In this document: one piece after another, positions 24,441 through 38,539 of the stretch | How positions within the stretch are numbered: position 1 is the first letter of the stretch | Layout: each line of letters begins with the position of its first letter | Source: Camelus ferus | Lineage: Eukaryota | DNA length: 64,000 nucleotides | Reading direction: 5' to 3' | NCBI RefSeq assembly: GCF_009834535.1 | Contig: NC_045697.1 | Location: 109,184,001-109,248,000, forward strand | Made by a program: the position numbers and the translations under genes | Notes under the pieces: generated by a model | Told to the model about the DNA's origin: nothing | Databases searched by the model: none | Seen by the model: only the letters and a program-made list of their open reading frames with translations

Positions 24441-26679
24441 TGAAAGGTGAATCATTGGGAAGGTATACAGTCCGTAGCCTTGTATTATGAAGTGAGAATT
24501 TTCAGTGGAACATAGTTGACATTCATATTCATAGCTTTTCAAGAATCCATCTAGTCATTGCCACCAAAATGTAACCTGCTGGAAACTAACTGGCAGCTGG
24601 GAAGGAGAGCCCAGAACCACTTCCTCTAAATTGGAGAAAGTGTCAAAGAGAAGCATCCTTGTGCAGCGAGCCGGATGCCGGAAAGAGCCAGCTGAGGGGG
24701 CACTGGGGGCCTGCGCTACATGGTGCTGGGCCCGTAAGGGATGACACACAGAAGAGAGACTGAAGAATATGGGGCTTAAAAGAAAGAGCTTTGAACAGTC
24801 CTTTCAAGGCTCACCTTTGCCATTTTCTTGTGTATATTGGGCAAGGTACCTAATCTCTCTAAACCTCAGCTCCTCAGCAAAATGATGGGGAGGTCAGTAT
24901 CCACTTCACTGGACCACTGTGGGGATTAAGTGTGGTAATGAGTAAACATTCCTCACCCAGGGCTCAGCACACAGCAAATACTCTGTGAATATGAATTCTT
25001 TTATTGTGACAGCTCCCAGTGCTCAGTGATAGTCCTAAGCACTGGCCAAGTGTGCTGGATGTCCCTTTGGTTTCCCTGTGACATCTGGAGGAGAGAACGG
25101 TGAGCGGATGCAGTGTAGCAGGGAGAGCAGTGCGCAGCCACCAGCAGGCTCACGTTCTAGTGTCGACACCCCCGCCCATGTGGAGCTCTGGACCATGGCT
25201 TTCTGATCTGTCCATGTGGCCACCTCTCCGTTTAAGGTCCATTCTACCTCCTAATCTGTGACTCTGAATCTGACAGGAGCTCCTTCACAGGGACTTGATA
25301 AGCGTAAGTTAAACAGAGTTGGAAACTACCCTTAAGCTCACTATTGATCATGCTTATCCTTGTTGAAGTTTCATCCAAGAATTAGTAGATGGGCCTGAAA
25401 TGAAATATTCTTTTTAAAATTAATTTTTAAATAAAATTATTTTGTAAATTTTTTTATAAATAAAATAGAGATTAAAAACAATACAGAAAAATCAATCAAA
25501 CAACAAAAAAGAAAGAAACAAATATTCTTTTGGAATCTCCTAGTTTCAAAGTGCAGTTTTAAAAATAGACTATTTTCTCAGGCGGTAACACACTCTAAGT
25601 CTGTTACTTGCTACAGTAGGAAGATACCCATTTCTTAGATGATCTTTTGGATGTTTGTAGAGAATTGGAAAATGTCAAATTTTGGACTGATATTGTCTGG
25701 AGGCAAAAATTCCAAAAGGAATTTATGGGAACAGCCAGAAAGAAGCAGTTCTCAGTAGCCTGGGACCCACTGCTCTGGGGATGGTCCCCAGGTTCTGGTC
25801 TCATATTTTCTTTCTTATTCTCTCTGCCCACCACCTGGCTGTTTGAAGACCCACTGCATCCATGCAGTGGAGGCAGCTTTGTGCCAGACACTCACAGGAG
25901 AGGTGCTTGGGGCTCCTCACATCCAGAGACCTCCAGGGTTAGGAACCCGGATGGCTTCAAGTTCTTTCCCTTTCTGTCCTTCTCTTTCCTTGCTCAGATA
26001 TTTACTGATCACTAAGTACCCTGTACAAGTCCCTGGGGACACAGAACTCAGAGCCATGATGTTCCTAGAGGAATTCACGGTCTGGTGGAGAATTGCACCA
26101 GGGCAGAGTACAATGGATATATGTATGAGATGCCGTGGGAGAGTGGGAGGGAACACCTCTAGCCAAGCTCAGGATATCGGTGAAGGCTTTGTGGAGAGAG
26201 GGATGGTTCTAGAAGGGAGTCTGGAAGATGGAGGAGGAGTGAGTCAAATGGACACGGAGGGAAGCATGACTCATGCTGGCAGTTTCTGATGTGGTTGGTC
26301 AGTGGTGGGTCCTGTGGATATCTGTATACCAGGATTGGAAACCCCTGAGCCCAAGGGATCAACATGTGCAAAGGTCCAGAGGCAGAAAACAATATTCAGA
26401 GAACAACTAAACAGCTTGTTTAGTCTGGTTGAAACACAGCATGTGAGTGAATGAGTGATCCTGCATGAAACGAAACTGACAGGAAATGAAGCCAAAGAAA
26501 ATTGCCCCACAAGGATGAAGCAAAGTGGCAAGATCTTGACAAATGTTTTATCAGGGTGATGGATATTTAGGGATCCCATCATCTACTTTTGTGTTTGTTT
26601 AAATGGTTCATAATAAATTTTGTGAAAAGCAGAATATTCCATAGAGGCACCAAGACCAGAACATAGCTCAGACAGAGCA

Positions 26680-26850
26680 GAGATTGAATCCCAGGCCTCC
26701 TGGTTTCTAGTGACTACTGGAGACCTTGTCAAGTTACTGAACCTCTCTATTTCTCATTTTCCTCACCTGAAAATGGGAGTAATAATGTCTACCTTACTGC
26801 ACTGTTATGGGGATTGAAAGGATGGAACATGCCGCCATCCTTGCATAGTA
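26680..26850. mobile_element. MIR SINE
   Basis: gaccttgtcaagttactgaacctctct...ttttcctcacctgaaaatgggagtaataatg. Confidence 0.7.
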
Positions 26851-28779
26851 TTTGGCGTGGAATCATCCCTTTTCCCTCTCAGATGGACTATCCCATTCAT
26901 TCTGATTGAGGTCTCTAGATGGTGCTGTAGAGGGTTCCAAGCAGAGAACCTCGAAATGTTCTGTAAGTTACGAAAGCAAGGACCTACAAGGCAAAGTCTA
27001 GAGCTGGAAGGAAATCTGGAGCTGGGCGAGTGGCCTGAAAAACATCCACACCACAGACCAACACGTGTGAGTTTAGACAGGTTAGGCCTGTGGATGGCTA
27101 AGGAGGAGACAACTCAGAGACCTTGGCTCCCCCTACAGCAATGGAACCTTAACTGGATTTGCATTTATAATCTCTTGCATTTCACCTATTTGTGTATTTC
27201 TGGGCTTTAAGTTGCCTAGAAAATACACATGAGAATGTAATATTTTAAACTGGGGCAGATGAAGTTTCAGTTCACCTCCCCCTCACCATCAGGGGCATTT
27301 TAAACCGTCATATTGTAAAACTAAACTCTACCAAGATGTAATAAATGTCCAGGATGGAGGAAAAAAAAACTTTTCAAATGAAACACACTCATACCACCAC
27401 TCACACTTACTAAGCATGCTGTTTGGTCATCCAGGATGTTAAAGGGACCCATAAAGAAAGATGGAAAGCGAATCAGAAACTGGAGATTGGGATTCCATCC
27501 CCTGGGGAGCCCCTGGGAGCTCTGAGCATCTCACCTCCAGGCACACCCACTGGCAACATTGCCCCTGTCACACCTGCAGTTCTGTTCAGCCTTTCAAGGA
27601 GAGTGTTTCCTGGTATGTAGGTCTTCAACTACCAGGTGTGTTTGCCCACCCTCGGCCTGTACTTTCTAGTACCGTACCTGACAGGCTGACACTGAGGGAA
27701 CAGCACGTTTCACATTTTGCAGCTGTTGTGCAAATAGAACTTCAGTGGAATTCCTCCAACCACTAACTCTACGGAAACCACAAAGAGCCGAAGAGCCAAC
27801 CTCTGACTTACCAAACATCAGTCATGCCTCTTGACGCCAGACTCTGGAACTAACTTGGAAAATGCGGTCCATCCTTGATGGGTGTGTAGGAGAAAGACAT
27901 TTAAGTCTGTATCATCCTCAAAGCCTCAGTATAAACCCGGTCAGGGCAGACTGTGTCCAATATGTGCTCTTTGATGTGTTAGGGAGCTAAACCTACCGTC
28001 ACTGAGATCCCACCAGGGACCCTCCAGGGACAGAATTCTCGCTGGGTGAGTGTCCCTGCTCTGACTTCTCCCACTCTTCCCAGAAGGGTAAAACATAGAG
28101 TCTACTCTGGACTTAGAAGCTACAACCTGGCCTCAGAACTATGTACCCTACCGAGCACTCACGTGCTTTCCAGGATACTTTCCATATAGCTTCCCAGCTG
28201 CAATGCTGGGTGATTTCATTTTAACTACAGGAGCTTTAAGCTAAATCTTGCTGAGGCTCCTCTGTCTGCAGAACAGAGGCTGGCTCCTTCCATGGCCCTC
28301 AAGTGCTCCGCGGGCACTTGGGCCGTCACTGCATTTCCAGGAAGGCCCAGGAGAACCCAATCTCTTTGAAATGTCTCTGACACATGGGTCTTGCACTGGG
28401 GACCAAGCGACAAGAACCAGGGCTCTCAGGATATGGGATTCTTGACCTGTGTTCCTCACTGGATGATTCTATCATCTTAAGAGCATTTTTAAAGGATAAA
28501 ACAGCAGCAATCAGTGATTTCTTAGAAATGGGGCCCATTTAAATATATCCCCAGGGAGGATGGCTGTTGTGTGTTCTGGATCCACCCTGTGATCTGGACA
28601 CACTGAGGGCACCGCATAAATATTAATTCATGTTGATCCATTATGGAAAGAAAATGGAAAGACCCCTATAAGGCAGCAGTGACCCTACAAGACCCAGAAG
28701 GCTTGCTGGAACTGTGACAAGGCAAGATTGTGACAAGGCCCGAGAAAAGCAGTTTTTCTTCCCTCACTCAACACAGGCA

Positions 28780-29480
28780 GTGAACCGAGGCGCGGCATTG
28801 TCTGCGCGGTCACTGGAGGGCGGGGAGGGGGCCCTGGAAGCTGCCCGGAAGCCCCCATCGCTGTCCCGGGATGATCAGGGAGTAGCCGCCTCGGTGCCCA
28901 CGAGGGCTTCACGGCTGCCGGCTGCACACAGAAGTGGGGAGGAGGTTGGCTCAGGCTTGTGTGCCGCCTTGGAGGGGCAGGGTCCTTGGGCTGATAGGCA
29001 GGGGACCTGAGCTCAGAGTGGAATAGGGCCGGTGGAAGGAGGGCTTGGTGGCCGCCGATACTTGTCCAGGAATCATGGTTATTGGCTCGGAGAAACGGCT
29101 CAACACCTCCCAGGGTTCCGAGGCTGCTTGTAAACCTGCTCCTTTAGAGTGGACCCCGCATCCGCTTGCAACCCTATGATGGCTTTCGGATCCGGATCCG
29201 GTGAGGAGTCCCATCAGAGCATCCCAGTTCTTTCTATGGAAGCTGTGGCTGCACATCTCCTCTCCGTAGTGGATGTGAATCTGTCTTCTCCATCCCTGTT
29301 CTGTAGCCTCGGGAGAGCCGGGAGTGAGAAAGGGGCGGGGTGGGGAGGGCAGGCAGGGAGAAGAAAAAAGTCGGTGGGTGGGCGGGGCCGAGAGAGTCTG
29401 GAGAGGAGGAAAACGTTCCAGTTCCTTCCTCGCCAAGACTTGTTTGCTGCTCTGTTGGGAGTTTTTTGTTTGGAGGCCTT
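28780..29480. promoter_or_regulatory. weak CpG-rich promoter/enhancer-like region
   Basis: Raised CpG density, GC boxes at 29332-29340 and 29380-29388, forkhead-like tgtttg sites at ~29440-29470; direction uncertain. Confidence 0.45.
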
Positions 29481-29749
29481 TTTCCCTTTTAATCAAAGCA
29501 GTCCGTTCTGGTGCCGCCCCTGCAACAACCCTGTCCAGCTCCTTCGCATGGCAACTGTGCACGTAGCCCCCAGGCCGGGCTTGTATTCCTAATTTCTTCT
29601 GATGACTCCAAGGGAATTTAGGTTTGATTCCCATCTCCACTTCCTCCCAGACATGTACTTTCCCAGCCGTTGACTGGGAAGCTTTGTGTCTGTGATGGAT
29701 CACAGGGCAATCAGACTCCAGCTCTTGAACTTCAGAGGGACTGGGACTA

Positions 29750-29955
29750 ACACTCATTAAGCACCAATTGTATGCCAGAGACTGTTCAAAGTGCTTTATG
29801 TATATAAACCAGTTAGCCCTCCAAGGTAGGCATTCTTATTCTCTATTTTCAGGTGAGGAAACTGAGGCTTGCAGAGTTAATTGTCCAAGGCCGCACAGCT
29901 GGTTGGGGCAGGCTGGCACTCTGACTGCAAACGCTACACTTTTAACCACCGCACC
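29750..29955. mobile_element. MIR SINE
   Basis: ctattttcaggtgaggaaactgaggcttgcagagttaattgtccaaggccgcacagct. Confidence 0.75.
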
Positions 29956-30606
29956 TCAGCCCCAGGAGGGCATTCTATTCTTCTGTATGGATACCCAAGA
30001 GTGTGTGTATTCATTCCCCTAATTCTGGTCATTTAAGTTCTTTCAAAAAATGTTCCTAATGTTAATAATGTAGTGATGAATGCTTTTGTAACAATAGCTA
30101 ATAATTCTGAACATCTATTGAACTGCCAACTGTGTTTGAAGGTCTTTATGCATCTTAACTAATTTAACTTTTGGGACTACTATTAGTACCATTTAACTGA
30201 TGAGGAAGCTGTGGCCAGGGCAGCTGGTTAACTGTTTTGTCCCAGGCTGCACAGAGCTATCGCTCTTACGTTGCTGTCTGGACATACATCTGTGACCACA
30301 CCACTGATACTGCTTCAGGAAAGATTGTTATGCTGGAATTACTAGGGCTTACAGCAGAAACATTTTTAAGGATCTAGATACATATCACAAAATTATTTTT
30401 CAGGAACACTGGGTGGTTATGCTAATTTATATTCCTATGAATGCTGTGCTGCTGATTAAGGAATCTGAAAGTTAGATGAGCCCCAGGGCAATCTGTCCAT
30501 AAAACTTTTGGGCTTTTGTCAGTTGATCTAGGCACTAACTACCACTAATGATACTATTTTTATGAAAATAATATATATATCTGGCTCAAAATTACACTTT
30601 TTATTA

Positions 30607-30743
30607 AATTTTTTTTTTTGGCAAGGGGAGGTAATTAAGTTTACTTATTTATTTATTTATTTATTTTTGATGGAGGTACTGGGGATTGAGCCCAGGACCT
30701 TGTGTATGCTAGGCATGCACCCTACCACTGAGCTATACCTGCC
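30607..30743 (-). mobile_element. tRNA-derived SINE (Vic-1-like)
   Basis: gaggtactggggattgagcccaggaccttgtgtatgctaggcatgcaccctaccactgagctatacc. Near-TSD ctcaaaattacacttt / ctcaaagctacatttt. Confidence 0.9.
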
Positions 30744-31867
30744 AACTCAAAGCTACATTTTGGAGGAAGCATCTGGGTTGCTGGTTATGTTCCAGTTCTT
30801 GATCTGCGTGGTGTTTACTCTGTTGTGGTTCTTTGTGATAATTCATCAAGCTATTGCCTTAGGACTTGTTCACTTTTCTGTTTGTAATTTATACTTATTA
30901 AAAGTTTATGTTTTTTTTTAAAAAAAAACCCTACTATTATAATCTTTTGGATATTAGGGATAGAATACATTGAAATCTGTTGTAAAGAATAAGACAATGA
31001 CTCAGTTGTCACCATATTTTCACCACATGTTGGAAACAAGGAGATTTTGAAAGATTTTTCACAATTCCTTTTTTTAAAAATCTCCAGTGTGAGAAGTGAA
31101 TAGACATTAAACCACAATATTCCTAAGAAATACAGTTCTAAAAAAGTCTTTTATCTGTTTTTATTGCTTTGGTTTTTGTCCAAGAAAGGTTAAGTTTTTC
31201 TGTTTGAAACTTGAGAAGTATGACGTATATTTAAAACATGCAGTTATGATGATTGAGTTTTTGGCAAAGACTTGAGAACCATGATTATGATCCCAGAGAG
31301 AGTTGTTCTCTTTCCGTATTGACGTTCTAATGTGTTCTTCCTTAATACTGGTTTGGAGGTAGTGTGTGGTTCCGTGACATGGCTTGATGGCTGTCCTCAG
31401 TAACGTCTCTAGAGATTCAGGTACATCTTTCCATGGCTAATGGATCAGCCCAAGAAGATCAATATATCATCATTTCAAGAAACCATTGTAAGAAAGTATG
31501 CTCTTACTCTTATGGAAGCCAGTAGCGATTTCCTTGTCAACTTCCCGATTGTTTTAAAGTATTATTTCAGTGCTTATGTCCCTCTGCTGACTTTATTGTC
31601 GATCTAAAAATTAATTGTTTAGCCCTATTCAATTTCTTAGTCGAATTTTTACCAGTTTTTGTTTCTCTACCACAGAGGATGTAAGTGGCTGCAGACTAAG
31701 AGGGCATCTTGTGCCATTTGTAACAAGACAAAAGGAGCCATGTTTCCTAAGTCTTCCTTTAGTCTCTACCCCCAAAAAGGTCTCAGCATGAGATTCTGTG
31801 AGTCAGCAATATTCCTTTATTTAGACTGGCTTTCTTCCACTTCTAGCTAACATCTTACCATTACCAC

Positions 31868-32256
31868 TGTGTAAGTCTGCTTAGGCTGCTGTCACAAAAC
31901 ACCGGAGGCTGGGTGGCTTAAACAACAGAAATTTATTTTCCTCACAGCTCTGGAGGCCAGAGGTCCAAGATCAAGGTGCCCACGTGGTCGGGTTCTGATG
32001 CAGCCCTGGTCTGCAGACAGCAGCCTTCTCACTGTGTGCTCACGTGTCCTTTTCGCTAGGCACATGGAGAGAGAGAAAGCTCTGGGGTCGCTTCCTCCTT
32101 TTATAAGGACACTAATCCTGGTGGATTAAAGCTCCATCTTTTGACTTCATTTAACCTTAATTACTTCCCTAAAGGACCCATCTCCAAATACCCCTGAAAT
32201 GGGAATAAGGACTTCAACATATGAATTTGTGGGAGGGCACAGCTTAGTCCGTAACA
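31868..32256. mobile_element. MaLR LTR (MLT1A-like)
   Basis: tgtgtaagtctgcttaggctgctgtcacaaaacacc...gggtggcttaaacaacagaaatttatttt...aggacttcaacatatgaattt...gtccgtaaca. Confidence 0.9.
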
Positions 32257-32292
32257 TGACCACAGTCCCGACAAATAAAATTAAGCTTCATT

Positions 32293-32400
32293 GGGGGAGG
32301 GTATAGCTCAAGTGGTAGAGCGCATGCTTAGCATGCAGGAGGTTCTGGGTTCAAGCCCCTAATTACCTCCTCCCCCCAAAAAATAAATAAAAATATTAAA
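32293..32400 (+). mobile_element. tRNA-derived SINE (Vic-1-like, internally deleted)
   Basis: ggggagggtatagctcaagtggtagagcgcatgcttagcatgcaggaggttctgggttcaagccc. Confidence 0.9.
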
Positions 32401-32667
32401 TCAAAGTAAGCTTTGTTTTCCTTTTCAAAGTAGCTTTTGGGGGGGGGAGTGGGGCTAATGCTCTGTTAAATGACATTTAGTTTTTAAATTTGTAAAACAT
32501 TTTGGGGTTTCTTCTAACTGCATTTTGGGAATCCAGACTAGAGAAGGCACAGACCCTACTCTAGGAGACTCCTCAAGGAGTTTATAAAATAATGAAGGAG
32601 ATGAGTTGCATGCACAAAGAACTAGAATCTCTGGAAGTTGGAGATACTGTAAATACAAGAGTGTGCT

Positions 32668-32823
32668 GGGGTGGCGGGACAGCGCAAGTGGTAGAGTGTG
32701 TGCTTAGCATGCACGAGGCCCTGCGTTCAATCCCCTGTACCACTGTTAAAACAAATAAATAAGCAGAAAACCTAAGTATCTACCCCCCCCCCAAAATTTA
32801 AAAAACCAAAAGCAAATAAACAA
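32668..32823 (+). mobile_element. tRNA-derived SINE (Vic-1-like)
   Basis: caagtggtagagtgtgtgcttagcatgcacgaggccctgcgttcaatcccc with A-rich tail; aaatacaa on both flanks. Confidence 0.85.
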
Positions 32824-33361
32824 AAATACAATATGCTATGGGATTCAGAGGAAAAGATAATCACCATTCAAGAGCCGCCTTTTTTTTTAATGGAACTCTC
32901 TCTCTTTTTTTAATTGAAGTATAATGAGTCACAATGTGTCAATTTCTGGTGTACAGCATAATGTCCCTGTCATACATATGCACACATATTTGTTTTCATA
33001 TTTTTTAAGGGCTGCCATTTGAGCCTCGTAATCATGGACAGGCAGGATCCAGACTGGGGATGATGTAGCCAAGGCCACACCAGGTTGAGCAGGAACAGAC
33101 ACCACGGAGGCAGCAAAGTGCAGTGCAGTGGAAATGAGGGAATTAACCGGGGAACACTGTGGGGATGAATTTTATGGCCTAAGAGAAGGTTAGGTTCTGA
33201 AATCAGCACTTAAAAAGGGTCACTGTGACTAAATGGCCCTTGACAATTTGGATATTTTTTTGTCTCTCAATGATTCTCATATCACCAGTTTTTCCTCTAG
33301 TGTTGCAGCAGACCAGTTTCTTTGAGCACCAGATGAAGAGTGTGGTTGGCTGTGTTGTGGC

Positions 33362-33385
33362 AGAGAGACAGAGAGAGAGAGAGGG

Positions 33386-33417
<32 letters not shown>

Positions 33418-33456
33418 AAGGAAGGGGGAGAAGAAGAGAGGGAGGGGGAGAAAGAA
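33362..33456 (+). repeat. (GA)n / purine-rich simple repeat
   Basis: gagagagagagggagagagagagagagaagagagagagagag. Confidence 0.9.
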
Positions 33457-33599
33457 AATGAATGAGAATACAGCTTAAAAAAAAAAAAACACACTTACCA
33501 TGACAGGATGCTTACACAAAGATAACCATAAGAGAAACCAGATTGACTGAGAGCATTGCAGAGTCTTTCCAAGTTTTGCAAACAAATATGTATTTCATT

Positions 33600-34390
33600 T
33601 ACAGCATTTGATGTAAGTACATGAACTGGCAATGTAAAGGAAACATTCATGGAAACGATCACGTTTAAAATGTTCCACATTACTAGTGAGCAAATACATA
33701 CACAGTGTAAAAACAATGAGTTACTATTTTCTCCTTATCAGATTAGCAAATATTTTAAAATAATACTGTTGGTGAAGGCGTGTGTCTTAATAGCACACCT
33801 TGCTAATGGGAATGTAAACTGGTACAGCCTTTTAAAAAATTAGTTGGCAATATTTTACTCTCTTGAGAGTCCTAGGAAGGTTAATACACCTTGACTTGAT
33901 AATTCCACTTACAGGAATCTATGCTGATAATACAGAGGTGTGGACAAAGATTTGTGTTTAGCAATTTCATTGAAGTTTTACTTATAATAGTTGGAAATTT
34001 AGAAGCAATTTACATGAGAATGCTATGAAAATTCGTTGCATAAATGATATATCAATTACTGGAATATTCTTCAGCTTTTAAAAAATATGTTTTCAAATAA
34101 TTTTACTGATATTAAAATGCATATTCTATGATATGTTTTTAAAAAGTGAGTTCCAAAATTATGTGTATAATAAAAATATGCACAAGGGAAAAATAGAAAG
34201 AGACAATAAATGGTAAGGTCATTTATTCATTTTGCAAATTTTTATTAAGCATATCATATGTTTGGCAACACATTTATCTATATTAGTGGGTCTATGGATG
34301 ATTTCCATTTTATTCTTTATGCTTTGCTAAGTTTTCCAAATTTTCTAGAGCATTTAATTGCTTTATATCCAAAATATGCATTTTAATAAA
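33600..34390 (+). mobile_element. very old L1 (L1ME-like) remnant
   Basis: gggaatgtaaactggtacagccttt...aattccacttacaggaatctat...ttttccaaattttcta. Confidence 0.6.
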
Positions 34391-35689
34391 TTCTTCCCAC
34401 CTTTTAGGGCCCAAACCCACCCTTCTGTAAAGTCTTCCCTGGTTACACTATTAGGAAGTGATCTCCAGCTTTCCGGTGACTCTTTCCTATCGGTCTTAAC
34501 ACGTGTGGTCTTGAATTGCAGCCACTGTATGTATGATGCTCATCCCAGCTGGGTTGGGAGCTACCGAAGAACAGGGACTATGGTTTAGAGGGCCTGAGTT
34601 TCTAAGCAAAAGCCTGGCTCTCTTTCCCACCTTCCAGAAAGGCTTTCCTACTCCTTAAACCAAATGGGTGATTTCTTCTTACTCTGAATCCTCAAGACAG
34701 CTTTTTATGCCTCTTTTATTGGAGGTCCGCTCTGCTTTGGATGATGATTAATTGTGTTTGTCTTGACCCCTCATTTGTCACCCAACTCCTGATCATAGGA
34801 GACGAATCTTATTCCTCTTTGCGCCCTGAGTTGTGTCGTGTGTGAAGTGCGTGCTCAGTAGACAGGGGATGGACCTATGACTGAATGAGCACAGGCTCTT
34901 TTCTGCCATTTCCGACAGATGCCTTCCCCCTAACCCCTAATCGGAAGAGTTGCAGACCGCTGGACAGGCTCAGGGACAGACAGGATAAGAGACTGTCCAC
35001 AGAGAATAAGCAGACCCAAAGCACTGAGCAGTGGTCGTCATGAAATGCAACCCACCGGATAAACCTGCCCTTAGAGACGCGATGCCCCAAATACTACTCT
35101 TAAACTTCTCTCTGGGACCTGAGAACTTTATCTGTGAAGCATTCACCTTTTTTCACCATTTCACAAACTCACAGAAATTAATTCCCTCAAAGAATTCCCC
35201 TCTTCCAGTCATACACTGAATAGCATAGATTTGCCTTGTTACCCAATTTCATTCCCGAAGCCCCCAAAGGTGGGTCATTAAGAGAAAACTTTAAAATCAA
35301 GGATGGTATAGATGTAATTTTAGAATAAAAAATACAATTAAGGAAAGAAGGCCCATCATTCAGTTCCATTTAGCACGTGTTTATTATGCTCCAAGTGTTT
35401 GCAAATACTTGTCCTGGGCACTGAGGATGGTCTATAGGTTAAGTAGGACATTGATCTCATTCATAAGCTCTCACTATAGCGGCTCTGGCCCTGTAACAGG
35501 AGAGGGAGAAGTGCAGTGGGGGAGAGGGTGGAGAGGGAGGGCCCTGCACGGCACTGCAGGACGCTGGCTGGCACTGGATAGACGTGGGAAATGAATGGAA
35601 GACGGCTGGTAGTCCTGCTCAATTGTGTTAGTGGTGGCCATTGATACTTTCGGTCGGTAACCAGGAAATGTAACATGTGGGTGTCAAAG

Positions 35690-36524
35690 GGTTCAGAGCA
35701 CAAGTTCCAACATTTGTCTGGGCGGTGGGTCCCCCCACATCACCAAGCAGTTCTCTGCGACACCAGCAGGGTGTCCTATGATTCAACTCAATTCTGACAC
35801 TGATACCTGGAGATAGCATCGGACCCCACAGGTTAAGGGTTTGGTTTCACAAGACTGCACCTCCCCCACTCCTCCACTGTCCTTCCACCTCGTTCTGAGG
35901 CCAGTCACAAGTCCCGATGGTCACCTGTGCTTCTGACCAACCGCCTATAGATGGGAGGGTCTGACAACTCCCTCCTTGGGTTCCATTAATTTGCTAGAGA
36001 GGCTCACAGAACTCAGAGAAACATCTTACTTACTGGATTATTGGTTTATTATGAAAAGATATCACTCAGAAACAGACAGATGGAAGAGATGCACAGGGCA
36101 AGATATGGGAAAAGGGTGCAGAACATCCATGCCATCGGAGTGCACCACTCTCCTCAAATCTCTCCAGCTGTCCACAACCTGGAAGCTCTCCAAATTCCAT
36201 CCTTTTGAGTTTGTATGAAGGCTTCATTATATAGGCATGATGGATTAAATCACTGGCCATTAGTGACTGATTCAACCTTCAGCCCCACTCCTCCCCCCAG
36301 AGGTCAGGGTGTGGGACTGAATATTCCAACCCTGAAATCACAAGGATGGTTCTCCTGGCAACCAGTGCCTCATCCTTAGGTGTGGCCCAAAAGGTGCCTC
36401 ATTAACATAACAAAAGATACCCTTATGGCTCTCACCTTAGGAACTTCCAAGGATTTTAGGAACTCTGTGCCAGAAAGGAAATGAAGACCAAATATGTATT
36501 TCTTATTATAAATCATGATATCAC
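35690..36524 (-). mobile_element. MER21-like LTR
   Basis: acaccagcagggtgtcctatgattcaactcaattctgacact...aatttgctagagaggctcacagaactcag...gaagaccaaatatgtatttcttattataaatcatgatatcaca. Confidence 0.85.
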
Positions 36525-36749
36525 AGGGCGGGATTCCAATAGAATAGAAAGGCTTTAGGAAAAAACAAACCCAAAACCGAAGTTCTAAGGCAATCTTGGA
36601 GAGAAGATGTGATATGAGACAGGTTGTTACAGAAAGAAAAAATAGAATAAGATGGTATTTAACAGAATCCAGTGCACCTGCCAATGTTCTTAGCTACTGA
36701 CAATGCTATTCTAGTTAGTTTGAGCATAAAAGGAATTTATTAAGGAATA

Positions 36750-37795
36750 TTAAAACACCATCAGGAAAGTGAAAGAACAACCTACAGAATGAGAGAAAAT
36801 ATTCTCAAATCATATTCTGGTAAGGGACTTGTATCCAGAATGCAAAAATTAAACAATAAAAGATACATTTAAAAAGACCATTAAAATGGGCAAAGAATGA
36901 TGAGTGCACAACAATGTGAATGAATGTACTTAATATCAGTGAACAGTACACATCAAAATGGCTAAAATGGGAAATTTTATGTTATGTGTTTTTCACCAGT
37001 TTTTAAAATTTTTCTTTAGTAGGTAAAGATTTTAATAGATATTTTTCAAAGATACACAAATGGTCAATAAACACATGAAAAGATATTCAACATTATTAGT
37101 CACTAGGCACATGCCAATCAAACCCACAATGAGATACTACTTTTCACCCACGAGGAAATTAGAACCCTAATACTTCGCTAGTGCTAGTGTAAAATGATGT
37201 AACTGCTTTGGAAACCAGCCTGGCAGATCCTCAAGTTTTTAAAGATAGAATTACCACATGACCCAGTAATTCTACTCGTAGATATCTAACTGAGAGGAAC
37301 AAAAATATGTTCATACAAAAACTTGCACACAAATGTTTATAGCAGCATTACTCATACCAGCCAAAAAGTGAAAACCATCCTCGTGTCCAGCTGATGAACA
37401 GATAAACAAAATGTAGTTTGGCGATGTTATTTGGCAACAAAAGGAATCATGGACTGATACATGCCACAAAATAGATAAATCTTGAAAAAATTTTGCTCAG
37501 TGAAAGAAGCCAGACCCAAAAGGCCACATGGTGTATAATTCCATTTACATGAAATGTCCACAGTGAGCAAATCCACAGAGACACAAAGTAGATAAGTGGT
37601 TGCCGGAGGCTGGGATGGGGTGGGAAATGGGGGAGTGACCACTGGTGTGTATGAAGTTTCTTTTCAGGCTGATGAAATTGTTCTGGAATTAGACAGTGGT
37701 GATGGTTGCACAACCTTGTAAATATACTGAAAACCAGTGAATTGCACACTTTAAATGGATGAATTTTTATAGTATGTGAATTATCTCAACAAAGC
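36750..37795 (+). mobile_element. old L1 (L1MB-like) 3' portion
   Basis: acaacctacagaatgagagaaaatatt...agtgaaagaagccagaccc...ctggaattagacagtggtgatggttgcacaaccttg...ctcaacaaagc. Confidence 0.9.
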
Positions 37796-38539
37796 ATTGG
37801 TTTTTTGTTTTTTCGTTTTTTCCCTATTTTTAAAGAATATTACCTGGCTCAGAGAATCTCTAAGAAATCCAGAGAATTAGGCTTGGCTGCTACCCCGCTG
37901 AGAACAATGCCTAAATTGTACCACGGAATGGCTCCAGGGTGAGCCGGAGTACAACTCCTCGGGGCACAGGCACCTGGGAACTTTGCTCTGCTGGCCCAGA
38001 GCCTCCATATGTTTCCACCAGCCTCTACCACCTCCCAGAAAACACCTTCTCTAGGGTCTGCTTTCCCATTTTGCTTTCATCCAGACTGAAGCCCAGTGTC
38101 TGTCCACCTGATTCCAGAGCCTGGGCCATCTTTTCGAGCCCTAAATCTAAAGAAGGCGGAGAAAGCCGGTTAGGCATGGAAGGCAAGTCCCCTCAGTGAG
38201 TTTACTGAACAATGATTTTAAAGTTGCAGAATATGGAGTTAAATGGGCCCTTTGAAGTTCATCTATTCTGACCATTTGGTCTAACGACTGTCACACTGCC
38301 AAAGGCCATGGCAATTTCTATCTTTATGTGCTTGACTTTGTAAGCATTTGGCAACGTGAATCACTCCACACTTAAACATTTCTCCCCCTTCCATGTTGGT
38401 GGGTCTCCTCCCTTTTCCCTTTCTAATCATTTTCCTCTGACTTTTCACCCAGAACTGTTCTCTTTGCCCACTGAAAACTGGGGTTTCCCCTCATCTCCAT
38501 ATTCAATCCTGCCCTTAATAACTTAATTCACACTGTGAA

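Noticed and set aside
29187..29200. 14-bp palindrome cggatccggatccg
   Set aside because: Explained by a 6-bp tandem duplication of a palindromic hexamer; no support for function.
28951..29757. 268-aa minus-strand ORF
   Set aside because: Non-ATG start, no recognisable domain, and it crosses GC boxes and low-complexity sequence; expected by chance in GC-rich DNA.
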